From a virus (lineage: Duplodnaviria > Heunggongvirae > Uroviricota > Caudoviricetes): a stretch of DNA of 13,908 nt. The notes beneath the pieces are model-generated. The model saw only the letters and a list, made by a program, of their open reading frames with translations. It did no database searches and had not been told where the DNA came from. The stretch lies in the IMG/VR virus record IMGVR_UViG_3300031999_000011, one strand, 5' to 3'. A program made the position numbers and the translations under genes. This document shows positions 1-7,053 of this stretch, one piece after another; position 1 is the stretch's first letter, and every line of letters begins with the position of its first letter.

Positions 1-219
1 ATATTAATAACGTGGATCTTTGCCTATCGTACACCAGCTCCAAAGTTACCTACCATTATCACAGTACCATCTTTACCATACAAAGATAGAGCACAGATCG
101 ATAAAGATATTTTGTTTGATAAAGCGTTTAAACGATTTGGTGAATGTATGGCAGATGCAAATAAAATAACTGCAGAAGCATGCAAAACAGAGTTTTGGGA
201 TTCAGGACGTAACTATTAA
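1..219 (+). CDS. 3' part of a hypothetical protein (truncated at window start)
   Basis: Open frame from base 1 (ILITWIFAYRTPAPKLP...KTEFWDSGRNY) to TAA 217-219; not in the ORF track. Confidence 0.7.
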   Translation: MLITWIFAYRTPAPKLPTIITVPSLPYKDRAQIDKDILFDKAFKRFGECMADANKITAEACKTEFWDSGRNY

Positions 220-264
220 TTATAAATCATCATAAATATTAATCTATAATTAAGGTAAATTTAT

Positions 265-384
265 ATGAAGATTGATGAAGTATTTGGTGATAGATATGAT
301 TTTTTATTTTTATTTGAACATAGTAATTGTACTTTTAGAGTTGAAAAACCCCCAACTTGTAATTGGGGGTTAATAAGTATATAA
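265..384 (+). CDS. small hypothetical protein (39 aa, MKIDEVFGDRYDFLFLFEHSNC...)
   Basis: ATG 265 after TAAGGT RBS-like motif; TAA 382-384. Short, so may be a gene remnant. Confidence 0.4.
   Translation: MKIDEVFGDRYDFLFLFEHSNCTFRVEKPPTCNWGLISI
347..371. terminator. GC-rich hairpin, possible terminator
   Basis: AACCCCCAA (347-355) / TTGGGGGTT (363-371), 9-bp stem, just upstream of the 390 promoter; no downstream U-tract on the plus strand. Confidence 0.45.
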
Positions 385-389
385 TAAAG

Positions 390-418
390 TTGACTTATTA
401 GTAGTGAGCCTGTATAAT
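390..418 (+). promoter_or_regulatory. sigma70-type promoter
   Basis: TTGACT-N17-TATAAT with an A-rich upstream tract. Confidence 0.85.
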
Positions 419-451
419 ATACATTTTATTAAATTAAATAAGGTATATAAG

Positions 452-754
452 ATGAAAAAACTATTTATAGCAGTAGCGCTAATTTTAGTAAATGCAACCG
501 CGTATGCTGAATACACATACGATGAACAATCCGGTAACGCTTACAATACATTCCAAAATGGGAATACCACGTCTGTATATGGCAACAATTCCCGCACTGG
601 CAGTAACTGGAATATTAATGAAAATTCTAATGGTACTTACTATGGTACAGATGCCAACGGTCATGCGTTTAGCGGCAATAATAATACTGGACAATATAAT
701 AATACTGATGGCAGATATTGTTACGGAACAGGATCTATGAGAACTTGTAATTAG
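452..754 (+). CDS. secreted Asn/Gly-rich hypothetical protein
   Basis: Likely start ATG 452 (AAGGT RBS); signal peptide MKKLFIAVALILVNATAYA; C-terminal Cys pair CYGTGSMRTC. Confidence 0.85.
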   Translation: MKKLFIAVALILVNATAYAEYTYDEQSGNAYNTFQNGNTTSVYGNNSRTGSNWNINENSNGTYYGTDANGHAFSGNNNTGQYNNTDGRYCYGTGSMRTCN

Positions 755-796
755 TTTTATGTATAATGTAAAAATATAAATATACATTTAAATAAT

Positions 797-825
797 TTGC
801 CATATATTTGTTAAGTCAGTATATT
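797..825 (+). promoter_or_regulatory. probable sigma70-type promoter
   Basis: TTGCCA-N17-TATATT upstream of the 853 start. Confidence 0.45.
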
Positions 826-852
826 ATTATATTTAAATTAGTAATATACAAA

Positions 853-1269
853 ATGAAAAATCTAATAATTGTTACAGTACTACTTCATTTATTTGGATGT
901 AGTACTGTAACTGTCCCAATTAATTCAAAACCGTTAGTAGCTAATAAAGCAACGTTAATCATATACCCAACTATATCTAGACGTTTTATAGAGTTCCCCG
1001 ATCATTATGATGTTGTTATGGATAACAAACCACTGGGCTCTCTTATGTCTGAACATCCATTAAAAGTAGCAATTACCCCCGGTTATCATGAGTTTTATGT
1101 GGATAGACCTATAAATGGTTTAATAATTCGTAGAATTACTAAAAAAATGTTTAAAAAAAATATGACGTACTATATGAAAGTATGGTTAGAACAAGGCCTG
1201 TGGGCTAGTTCGATAAGAATAACTCCGACTAAAAAAATTAGGTCATATACTACGAAAAGTTATAGGTAA
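853..1269 (+). CDS. lipoprotein, DUF2846-like
   Basis: Start ATG 853; lipobox LFG-C; beta-rich pattern ATLIIY..YDVVMDNKPLGSL..VAITPGYHEFYV resembles DUF2846 lipoproteins (family call from recall). Confidence 0.7.
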   Translation: MKNLIIVTVLLHLFGCSTVTVPINSKPLVANKATLIIYPTISRRFIEFPDHYDVVMDNKPLGSLMSEHPLKVAITPGYHEFYVDRPINGLIIRRITKKMFKKNMTYYMKVWLEQGLWASSIRITPTKKIRSYTTKSYR

Positions 1270-1341
1270 TTATTAGTTGAATTATAAATGATTTTAATAT
1301 ATTATATAATATTAATAATTAATACATAAATGGTGTTAACT

Positions 1342-1647
1342 ATGAAACTAATATTATTAATGTGCATACTATTCATTGGTGATGTAGCTCACGCAATGAC
1401 GTCAAGTGAACAAAAACAAGCAACTGAATCCAAAAATACAGCTGTATCTTATTATACTGCAAAAGCAAAAGATTATAATGATATTGCTAAGGTGTGTGAG
1501 GATGATCGAAAAAAACACAACCTATTAAATGGTTGTGATCGACAATGGCATGAAGCTCATGAATGGGATTTTATAAAACAAGAGCTTATAAACAAACCAT
1601 TAGAGTTTTTTATTGAAGAAAATGATAATTATAACAGAAAAAATTAA
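1342..1647 (+). CDS. secreted hypothetical protein
   Basis: Signal peptide MKLILLMCILFIGDVAHA; start 1330 or 1342. Confidence 0.75.
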   Translation: MKLILLMCILFIGDVAHAMTSSEQKQATESKNTAVSYYTAKAKDYNDIAKVCEDDRKKHNLLNGCDRQWHEAHEWDFIKQELINKPLEFFIEENDNYNRKN

Positions 1648-1672
1648 AATAATGTGCGAAACTATAAAATAG

Positions 1673-1701
1673 TTGATATAAATATATAATTATAATACAA
1701 T
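1673..1701 (+). promoter_or_regulatory. probable sigma70-type promoter
   Basis: TTGATA-N17-TACAAT upstream of the cytochrome c gene. Confidence 0.45.
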
Positions 1702-1735
1702 AATAGTTTAAATAATCATTAATAAGTACGTTAAT

Positions 1736-2062
1736 ATGAAGAAAACAATTATAGCAATTATGTTTACTATAATCGGCTTGCCTGTTACTACATTAGCTGT
1801 TGATGTTAACGCAGCGTACACACTCGCTAAAGAAAATGACTGTTTTAGATGTCATGGTATTGTCAGAGATAAAGACGGTTCTGCGTTTAAAAAACTTGCT
1901 GCAAAATATAAAACAGATCCACATAACGAACAAAAATTATTTTTTCATTTAACATCAGGTGAACTAGCTAAATTTCCCGATGGGCATTATGAACCACATC
2001 ATATTTTAAAAGCAGATGAAAATGATATTAAAAATTTAGTTGATTGGATTCTTTCTTTTTAA
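1736..2062 (+). CDS. periplasmic class I cytochrome c (c551/c552-like)
   Basis: Signal peptide, heme motif CFRCH, G-S-A-F-K-K-L-A-A-K-Y segment and C-terminal LVDWILS helix typical of c551-like proteins. Confidence 0.88.
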   Translation: MKKTIIAIMFTIIGLPVTTLAVDVNAAYTLAKENDCFRCHGIVRDKDGSAFKKLAAKYKTDPHNEQKLFFHLTSGELAKFPDGHYEPHHILKADENDIKNLVDWILSF

Positions 2063-2090
2063 TTACCGCGTTAACATTGATAGGATAATC

Positions 2091-2255
2091 ATGAATCTAT
2101 TACAAGAACAAACTCCAATAACTCGTTTTGAAACTATTAACGGTGAATCAATTGATGTTGTTGTACAAAGACAAATAGCAGTGGCAAAAAAATATGGATC
2201 CATTGAAGATAATGAGACTCTTGAAGCAGAAATTATTGCTAATCTTGACTTATAA
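2091..2255 (+). CDS. hypothetical protein (54 aa)
   Basis: AGGA RBS before ATG 2091; MNLLQEQTPITRFETING... Confidence 0.65.
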   Translation: MNLLQEQTPITRFETINGESIDVVVQRQIAVAKKYGSIEDNETLEAEIIANLDL

Positions 2256-2377
2256 TGGATTAATAGATTTTAATTATGAAAATAATTTTATGTGATATAA
2301 ACCAAAAATTAATTACTGCATAATGCACTTACTACTAATACACAGTGTGAAACCAATTATCGTACGTGGTCAACGAG

Positions 2378-2406
2378 TTGATTAATTTGTAGTAAGCTAT
2401 TATAAT
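2378..2406 (+). promoter_or_regulatory. sigma70-type promoter
   Basis: TTGATT-N17-TATAAT. Confidence 0.7.
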
Positions 2407-2446
2407 ATGCTTTGTTTGATTGATTTTAATGAGGTATAAACAAGTA

Positions 2447-2899
2447 ATGAAAAAACTATTAGTTTTATTACTTTTATCCAATATCGTATTAGCATCAGAA
2501 GTACATCTATTACAAACACGTTTTGATGCTACCTTTCAAGTACCTGTCCGCATAAATGATAAAGTAACAATAAATTTTACTGTAGATAGCGGGGCTATTG
2601 TTGTTCAAATACCCGTTAATTTTGTTGATTTATTAGTTAAGAATAATGTAATTAAATTATCAGATATTTTATTCGATCATAAGTATATACAAGCAAATGG
2701 AACTGAAATAACTAATAAAAATATTGTTTTTAAGCAATTACAAGTAGGTGACCGTATTGCGTATAATGTAGCTGGTACTATAGGCGCACCTAATAGTCTG
2801 TTACTGTTAGGACAAAGTTTTTTCCAGAATTTTACTGAATGGGGCATTAATAATGTAACTCATACTTTAATTTTAGGGGAACCAATTATTAATCATTAA
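2447..2899 (+). CDS. secreted retropepsin-like (clan AA) aspartyl protease
   Basis: GAGGT RBS, ATG 2447, signal peptide, catalytic FTVDSGA motif, flap QANG and C-terminal LLLGQSF motif. Confidence 0.88.
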   Translation: MKKLLVLLLLSNIVLASEVHLLQTRFDATFQVPVRINDKVTINFTVDSGAIVVQIPVNFVDLLVKNNVIKLSDILFDHKYIQANGTEITNKNIVFKQLQVGDRIAYNVAGTIGAPNSLLLLGQSFFQNFTEWGINNVTHTLILGEPIINH

Positions 2900-2908
2900 T
2901 ATAATAAG

Positions 2909-2937
2909 TTGCATTATATACAATAATGTTGTATAAT
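2909..2937 (+). promoter_or_regulatory. sigma70-type promoter
   Basis: TTGCAT-N17-TATAAT. Confidence 0.85.
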
Positions 2938-2970
2938 ATACATAATATAATTTATAAGAGAGTATATAAA

Positions 2971-3330
2971 ATGATAAATGTTATGTTACCAATTTCAGAA
3001 TTCAATCCTATAACCATGACAGGTCGTATGTTAATTTTTTGCCCTGCATATCCAGAAGGGCATGAAATGCGAATGCGAATTGTTGATGCAAGTTTTGTAA
3101 AATTTACAGATGGAGTCACACATTTTGTTCCATTAGTTGAGTTGGAACTACAACCTGAAGAAACAATATATCAAAGAAACGGATATGCAGATAGAGATGA
3201 GTATTTGACATATTTAAGTGAAGAATTTGATATTGATCTAGATATTGTTGAAACAATGGCTGATATATTGGGTCCAAATGAAGATTTCGACGGATTATAT
3301 ACAGCACTAGAAGATGGTGAAGGACGTTAA
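2971..3330 (+). CDS. hypothetical phage protein with acidic C-terminal domain
   Basis: Likely start 2971; C-terminal NGYADRDEYL..GPNEDFDGLYTALED resembles a recurrent small phage domain of unknown function. Confidence 0.75.
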   Translation: MINVMLPISEFNPITMTGRMLIFCPAYPEGHEMRMRIVDASFVKFTDGVTHFVPLVELELQPEETIYQRNGYADRDEYLTYLSEEFDIDLDIVETMADILGPNEDFDGLYTALEDGEGR

Positions 3331-3348
3331 TTATTACAAAAATAACAG

Positions 3349-3377
3349 TTGCATTGTTCAACCAAGTATATTATAAT
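3349..3377 (+). promoter_or_regulatory. sigma70-type promoter
   Basis: TTGCAT-N17-TATAAT. Confidence 0.85.
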
Positions 3378-3476
3378 GGGTACATGGGAGTAAGATAACA
3401 ATCTACAGAACTGTATATTTTCACAAAAAGGATGTACAAAAATTTTATTTTTTTAATTATATGAGGTATTAATATT

Positions 3477-4046
3477 ATGACAACTACACTATCACCTGCA
3501 TTATCACCTGCAGCTAAAAAGATTATACGTGCAGCATTAACGGAGAGTACCCCGACATCAATTGCAGCGGCAACTCACTTAACGATTCAAGCAGTAATCG
3601 CCAATTTTAACACTTTGAAAAAACATAACTTAGCTGTCTATGATCTTGACAATAAAGTGTTGACTTTGACACCTGAAGGTATACGTGTTGCCAATGAAGA
3701 ACCTGATGCCGTAGATATATCTGATGCGGCTGCAACTGCACCTGCTAAGCCTGTTACTAAAACAACACCAATAACTTTGAATATTACAGTTACCGGTACC
3801 GGTACCAAGAAAGAAAAGGCTTGGGCTATTATTGAAGCGTTAGCTGAAAAAGACTATGCTCGTAAGGATATTGTTGCACAATTGGTTATTGAATTAGGGG
3901 CTACAAAAAATAACGCCAGTCAATATTACCAAAATTATCGTAAAGCGCATGGTTTGGTTATTCCACGGGCTGTGAAAGCAACAGAAACCTCTGTACCAAC
4001 AGCGGATGATTCCGATGTTAACGTTGAAGACACTACTGAAGCTTAA
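3477..4046 (+). CDS. putative DNA-binding protein (two helical domains, Ala/Thr/Pro linker)
   Basis: GAGGT RBS; N-terminal winged-helix-like pattern; basic C-terminal domain KKEKAWAII..ARKDIV..ASQYYQNYRK. Function inferred. Confidence 0.6.
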   Translation: MTTTLSPALSPAAKKIIRAALTESTPTSIAAATHLTIQAVIANFNTLKKHNLAVYDLDNKVLTLTPEGIRVANEEPDAVDISDAAATAPAKPVTKTTPITLNITVTGTGTKKEKAWAIIEALAEKDYARKDIVAQLVIELGATKNNASQYYQNYRKAHGLVIPRAVKATETSVPTADDSDVNVEDTTEA

Positions 4047-4058
4047 TTGTAGTTATTG

Positions 4059-4086
4059 TGGGGGTTAATTACAGGGTTAACCCCCA
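4059..4086 (+). terminator. hairpin after the 3477 gene
   Basis: TGGGGGTTAA / TTAACCCCCA, 10-bp stem. Confidence 0.55.
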
Positions 4087-4124
4087 TGATAAATAAATAA
4101 ACACTTTAAACACAGGGTTTATTT

Positions 4125-4328
4125 ATGAAATCGTATAGTAACGAAATAGTAACAAAAGAGCAAATACCACAACCGGATAAATTAGTCAGAATAAATGCAA
4201 TATTATCGTTGTTTTTAATTGCGATAATAACTATAATATTGTTAGTGTTTGTATATGGAATATACCACTATGATATGATCCATTTTATGGATAGTTTGCA
4301 GGTATTTCTAACTTGTCCTAAAAAATAA
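4125..4328 (+). CDS. small membrane protein
   Basis: 67 aa with one long hydrophobic segment. Confidence 0.7.
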   Translation: MKSYSNEIVTKEQIPQPDKLVRINAILSLFLIAIITIILLVFVYGIYHYDMIHFMDSLQVFLTCPKK

Positions 4329-4337
4329 ATTAATCAA

Positions 4338-4784
4338 ATGAGATTATTAGAAGTTTTATGTGAAAAAATCATTAACTCAGAATTATTTGAGAACGCATTT
4401 AAGCGTCAAGAAGTTGAGAGTAGAGTTACTGATCTATCACATCCAATTATTGAGCATTTAATTAAAATATTGAAATGGAAAGATGAGTTAAATTATTATA
4501 AACATGTTGGTGATATAAATGGGCGGGTACAGCGAATACAAAAAATGTATTTAAAAGGAAACAAAAAACCAACCCAACAAGATTACTTTCAATGGCTATT
4601 TATTGATGGGTTAAAAGATGAACTCACTTTAATACGGTGGGTACGTGCACTATATAGATACCATCATTTACCTGTTTTACGATCTGATGAGGAAGTGTTT
4701 AATATAATTAAAGCTATTTTATATAAAATTAGTTTTGATTTACCACTTAATAAATATGATAATATCGAAGATTATATGAAATAA
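4338..4784 (+). CDS. hypothetical protein, tandem paralog A (weak DUF29-like IIEHLIK motif)
   Basis: 148 aa; 47 of the first 49 residues identical to the 4839 paralog. Confidence 0.85.
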   Translation: MRLLEVLCEKIINSELFENAFKRQEVESRVTDLSHPIIEHLIKILKWKDELNYYKHVGDINGRVQRIQKMYLKGNKKPTQQDYFQWLFIDGLKDELTLIRWVRALYRYHHLPVLRSDEEVFNIIKAILYKISFDLPLNKYDNIEDYMK

Positions 4785-4787
4785 AAG

Positions 4788-4816
4788 TGGCATTGATTTG
4801 CAAACGTTTTGACAAT
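4788..4816 (+). promoter_or_regulatory. decayed duplicate of the 5289 promoter
   Basis: TGGCAT-N17-GACAAT; spacer begins TGATTTGCAAA as in the 5289 copy, 501 bp apart. Confidence 0.55.
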
Positions 4817-4838
4817 GTCCAAAAAATAGGTTAATCAG

Positions 4839-5285
4839 ATGAGATTATTAGAATTATTATGTGAAAAGATTATTAATTCAGAACTTTTTGAAAATGCATT
4901 TAAAAGACAAGAAGTTGAGAGTAGAATTACTGATCTATCTCACCCAATAATTGAGCATTTAATTAAAATATTAAAATGGAAAGATGATCGTAATTATCAA
5001 AAACATATTCATGACATCAATGGTTGTATGTATAAGATTCAATCATTTAAATTAAAAAGGAACACAAAACCATCTCAACAAGATTATTATCAATGGATGG
5101 TTGTTGATGTATTACAAGATGAACTTAATGTTGAGCTCTGGATAAGAGGACTACATAGATATAATCATTTATCGGCTTTACAGTCTGATGAAGAAGTGTT
5201 TAATATCATTAAATCTATTTTGTATAAAGTTAGTTTTGATTTGCTTTTAATTAAATTTCGTAATATTGAAGATTATATGAAATAA
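4839..5285 (+). CDS. hypothetical protein, tandem paralog B
   Basis: 148 aa, 501-bp offset duplicate of 4338-4784. Confidence 0.85.
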   Translation: MRLLELLCEKIINSELFENAFKRQEVESRITDLSHPIIEHLIKILKWKDDRNYQKHIHDINGCMYKIQSFKLKRNTKPSQQDYYQWMVVDVLQDELNVELWIRGLHRYNHLSALQSDEEVFNIIKSILYKVSFDLLLIKFRNIEDYMK

Positions 5286-5288
5286 AAG

Positions 5289-5317
5289 TTGCATTGATTT
5301 GCAAAAGTTGTTATAAT
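5289..5317 (+). promoter_or_regulatory. sigma70-type promoter of the tRNA cluster
   Basis: TTGCAT-N17-TATAAT, 30 nt before the first tRNA. Confidence 0.85.
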
Positions 5318-5347
5318 AGATACATAAATTAGAGAGTTAAATAATAT

Positions 5348-5477
5348 GGAGTGGTAGACCGCTATGGAGACGGGAGGGACTGTGTTGGTCACAGGTGTAA
5401 ATCCAGTTCGATTCTGGAGACCAAAAGAAAATCCCTTGCCTTAGGCTCGCCAGGATCATAACCTGGACGCTCCACCA
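5348..5477 (+). tRNA. tRNA-Tyr(GTA)-like gene with a 45-nt insert in the anticodon loop
   Basis: Acceptor GGAGTGG/ACGCTCC+A+CCA, anticodon stem AGGGA/TCCCT, variable arm GCC-TTA-GGC, T stem CCAGG/CCTGG with atypical loop ATCATAA. Removing 5384-5428 gives CT-GTA-AA. Confidence 0.7.
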
Positions 5478-5483
5478 AACAAC

Positions 5484-5521
5484 GACGCCTTGGTACTGGC
5501 GTCTATATAAATAGGTACCAA
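5484..5521 (+). ncRNA. H-type pseudoknot between tRNA genes
   Basis: S1 GACGCC/GGCGTC, S2 TTGGTAC/GTACCAA, connecting loop TATATAAATA. Confidence 0.65.
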
Positions 5522-5529
5522 CGATTTTT

Positions 5530-5604
5530 AGGTTAGTGTTCTAATGGTACGATGTTGGTCTCCAAAACCATGCGATAGGGATTCAAATTCTCTCTAACCT
5601 GCCA
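5530..5604 (+). tRNA. trnW: tRNA-Trp(CCA)
   Basis: AGGTTAG/CTAACCT+G+CCA; anticodon loop CT-CCA-AA; T loop TTCAAAT; weak D arm. Confidence 0.88.
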
Positions 5605-5616
5605 AAATATAAAAAT

Positions 5617-5693
5617 GCGAGTGTAGTTTAACAGGAAGAACATCAGGTTAACCACCTGAAGGCGCTGAGTCAGGGTTCAGCCATTTCGCTCCA
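5617..5693 (+). tRNA. aberrant tRNA: Gly-like body with AAC anticodon and abnormal T loop
   Basis: GCGAGTG..CGC+T+CCA; TCAGG-TT-AAC-CA-CCTGA; T arm GCTGA-GTCAGGGT-TCAGC lacks TTC. Confidence 0.6.
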
Positions 5694-5698
5694 ATTTT

Positions 5699-5766
5699 GT
5701 GGTGATAGCTCAATGGGGGAGTTTTCTATGCGTAGAAGGTCGTCGGTTCGATTCCGATTCACTACA
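5699..5766 (+). pseudogene. tRNA-like gene with the anticodon loop shrunk to 4 nt, no encoded CCA
   Basis: GTGGTGA/TCACTAC, D stem GCTC/GAGT, TTCTA-TGCG-TAGAA, T arm GTCGG-TTCGATT-CCGAT. Confidence 0.65.
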
Positions 5767-5777
5767 AATTAATTTAT

Positions 5778-5856
5778 GTCCCTATAGTTTAGTCAGGCCT
5801 AGAACAACGCCCTTTCACGGCGGGAACGCGGGGTTCAAATCCCCCTAGGGACACCA
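5778..5856 (+). tRNA. trnE: tRNA-Glu(TTC)
   Basis: GTCCCTA/TAGGGAC+A+CCA; CT-TTC-AC loop; TTCAAAT T loop. Confidence 0.93.
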
Positions 5857-5938
5857 AATGTTAACCTCAGTATAGTTAGTTGAGGTTAAATATTCACACA
5901 TGCTGGGCAACCCCCAGAATTGATAGTGGAGCCAGTAC

Positions 5939-6136
5939 GGTGAATTGCTGGTAGCAATTGTTTGATACTATGAAAGCAACGTTAGATGAACTGAAGTTCC
6001 TATAAAAACTGCGCGGATCAATATCGGGCGCTCCCGACGGGTTTGGACTATATCTAATGATGTGATAACTATAGCATGAGGATCCCTGGTGGTCTTCAGA
6101 ATGCGGTTTCGTAGTTGGAAAGCAAACAATTTCACC
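5939..6136 (+). ncRNA. about 200-nt multi-stem ncRNA candidate
   Basis: Pairings GGTGAA/TTCACC, AATTGTTTG/CAAACAATT, ACTATG/CGTAGT, AAACTGCG/TGCGGTTT plus three local hairpins; GC-richer than flanks; no ORF. Confidence 0.6.
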
Positions 6137-6252
6137 ATAAATTTATGAATATAGTTGATCTATTTATTGATTTACTATATTATATTGAATAAGTGATGTT
6201 TGTTGTCGAAATGGATTTTGACATGATAGGGATTGTCAAATTAAATGGATAT

Positions 6253-6329
6253 GAAACGTGTTGCGTAGAGAATAAGTTACTTAAACTTGAAATTAAAATA
6301 AACTCATTTTCAATTTTATCTCATGTTTC
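6253..6329 (+). ncRNA. UUGCGUA/UACUU scaffold element, copy 1
   Basis: P1 GAAACGTG/CATGTTTC; TTGCGTA; P2 GAGAATAAG/CTCATTTTC; TTACTT; cargo contains CT-TGA-AA; 10-nt linker AATTTTATCT. Confidence 0.8.
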
Positions 6330-6380
6330 TTTTTATAAATTCCGATCTATTGTTTGTAAACGATAGATTATACATGTTTT

Positions 6381-6475
6381 GAAAACCTTGTTGCGTAGAT
6401 ATCGAGCTACTTATAACTGCTAATTGGATGACCTTCGGGTCAGTATTCTCGTGTCGTTCTTATCTCAAGGTTTTC
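6381..6475 (+). ncRNA. UUGCGUA/UACUU scaffold element, copy 2
   Basis: P1 GAAAACCTTG/CAAGGTTTTC; P2 GATATCGAG/CTCGTGTC; CTACTT; cargo CT-GCT-AA plus UUCG hairpin; linker GTTCTTATCT. Confidence 0.85.
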
Positions 6476-6493
6476 ATTTTAATTTTTAAGATT

Positions 6494-6934
6494 ATGTTAA
6501 TTAAACAAATAAAAGCTGATATTACATTAGCAAGAAAAGAACACGACAAGTTTAAAGTAGCCCTATTAACTACCTTACTTTCAGATATTCAAATGATTGG
6601 TAAGAACGCGTTACGTGAATCTACTGATTCTGAAGCAACAGGAATTGTTAAAAGATTCATTAAAGGAATTGACGATACTATTGCGTTGTTGAATATTTCA
6701 ACCGAACTTGAAGTAATATCTAATAAATTAAGTCAAGAAAAAGAAATTTTGAGTAAATATTTACCAACTCAATTAGATAATGAAGAGTTATATATTGTAA
6801 TAAATAATGCTATTAATAGTGGCGTTTGTAATACATTGCCATTAATAATGAAATTTTTAAAAGATATGTATCCCGGTCAGTATGACGGTGCAATGGCAAG
6901 TAAAATTGCAAAAGAATTGTTGTTAGTAGCATGA
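6494..6934 (+). CDS. yqeY: GatB/YqeY domain protein
   Basis: Start 6494 (the upstream ATG lies inside RNA copy 2); patterns IKADITLARKEHDK, EKEILSKYLPTQLDNEEL and GQYDGAMASKIAK are typical of YqeY. Confidence 0.88.
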   Translation: MLIKQIKADITLARKEHDKFKVALLTTLLSDIQMIGKNALRESTDSEATGIVKRFIKGIDDTIALLNISTELEVISNKLSQEKEILSKYLPTQLDNEELYIVINNAINSGVCNTLPLIMKFLKDMYPGQYDGAMASKIAKELLLVA

Positions 6935-7053
6935 TTAGTTACACTGAACCAGAAAAAGTTGCAGCATTAAAAGCAAAATACTCATTGGTGTGGGCAGAGT
7001 TTTATGTTAAAGGTGTTACCGCTGCAAAGGTGTTAAAAGATTTGTTTATATGA
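6931..7053 (+). CDS. small hypothetical protein (40 aa)
   Basis: ATGA overlaps with both neighbours; MISYTEPEKVAALKAKYSLVW... Confidence 0.65.
   Translation: MISYTEPEKVAALKAKYSLVWAEFYVKGVTAAKVLKDLFI

Noticed and set aside
2276-2323. Mini-ORF MKIILCDINQKLITA resembling the start of a phage macrodomain protein
   Set aside because: Only 15 codons with no recognisable continuation; too little to call a pseudogene.
5478-5530. tRNA-associated HDV-like (theta) ribozyme in tRNA trailers
   Set aside because: Only a simple H-type pseudoknot is present; the nested double-pseudoknot order could not be assembled here, and I saw none after the other tRNAs.
5940-6075. Group I intron-like words (GAATTGCTGG, GGACTATA)
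   Set aside because: No convincing P7 partner or terminal G context, and the segment does not interrupt a gene.
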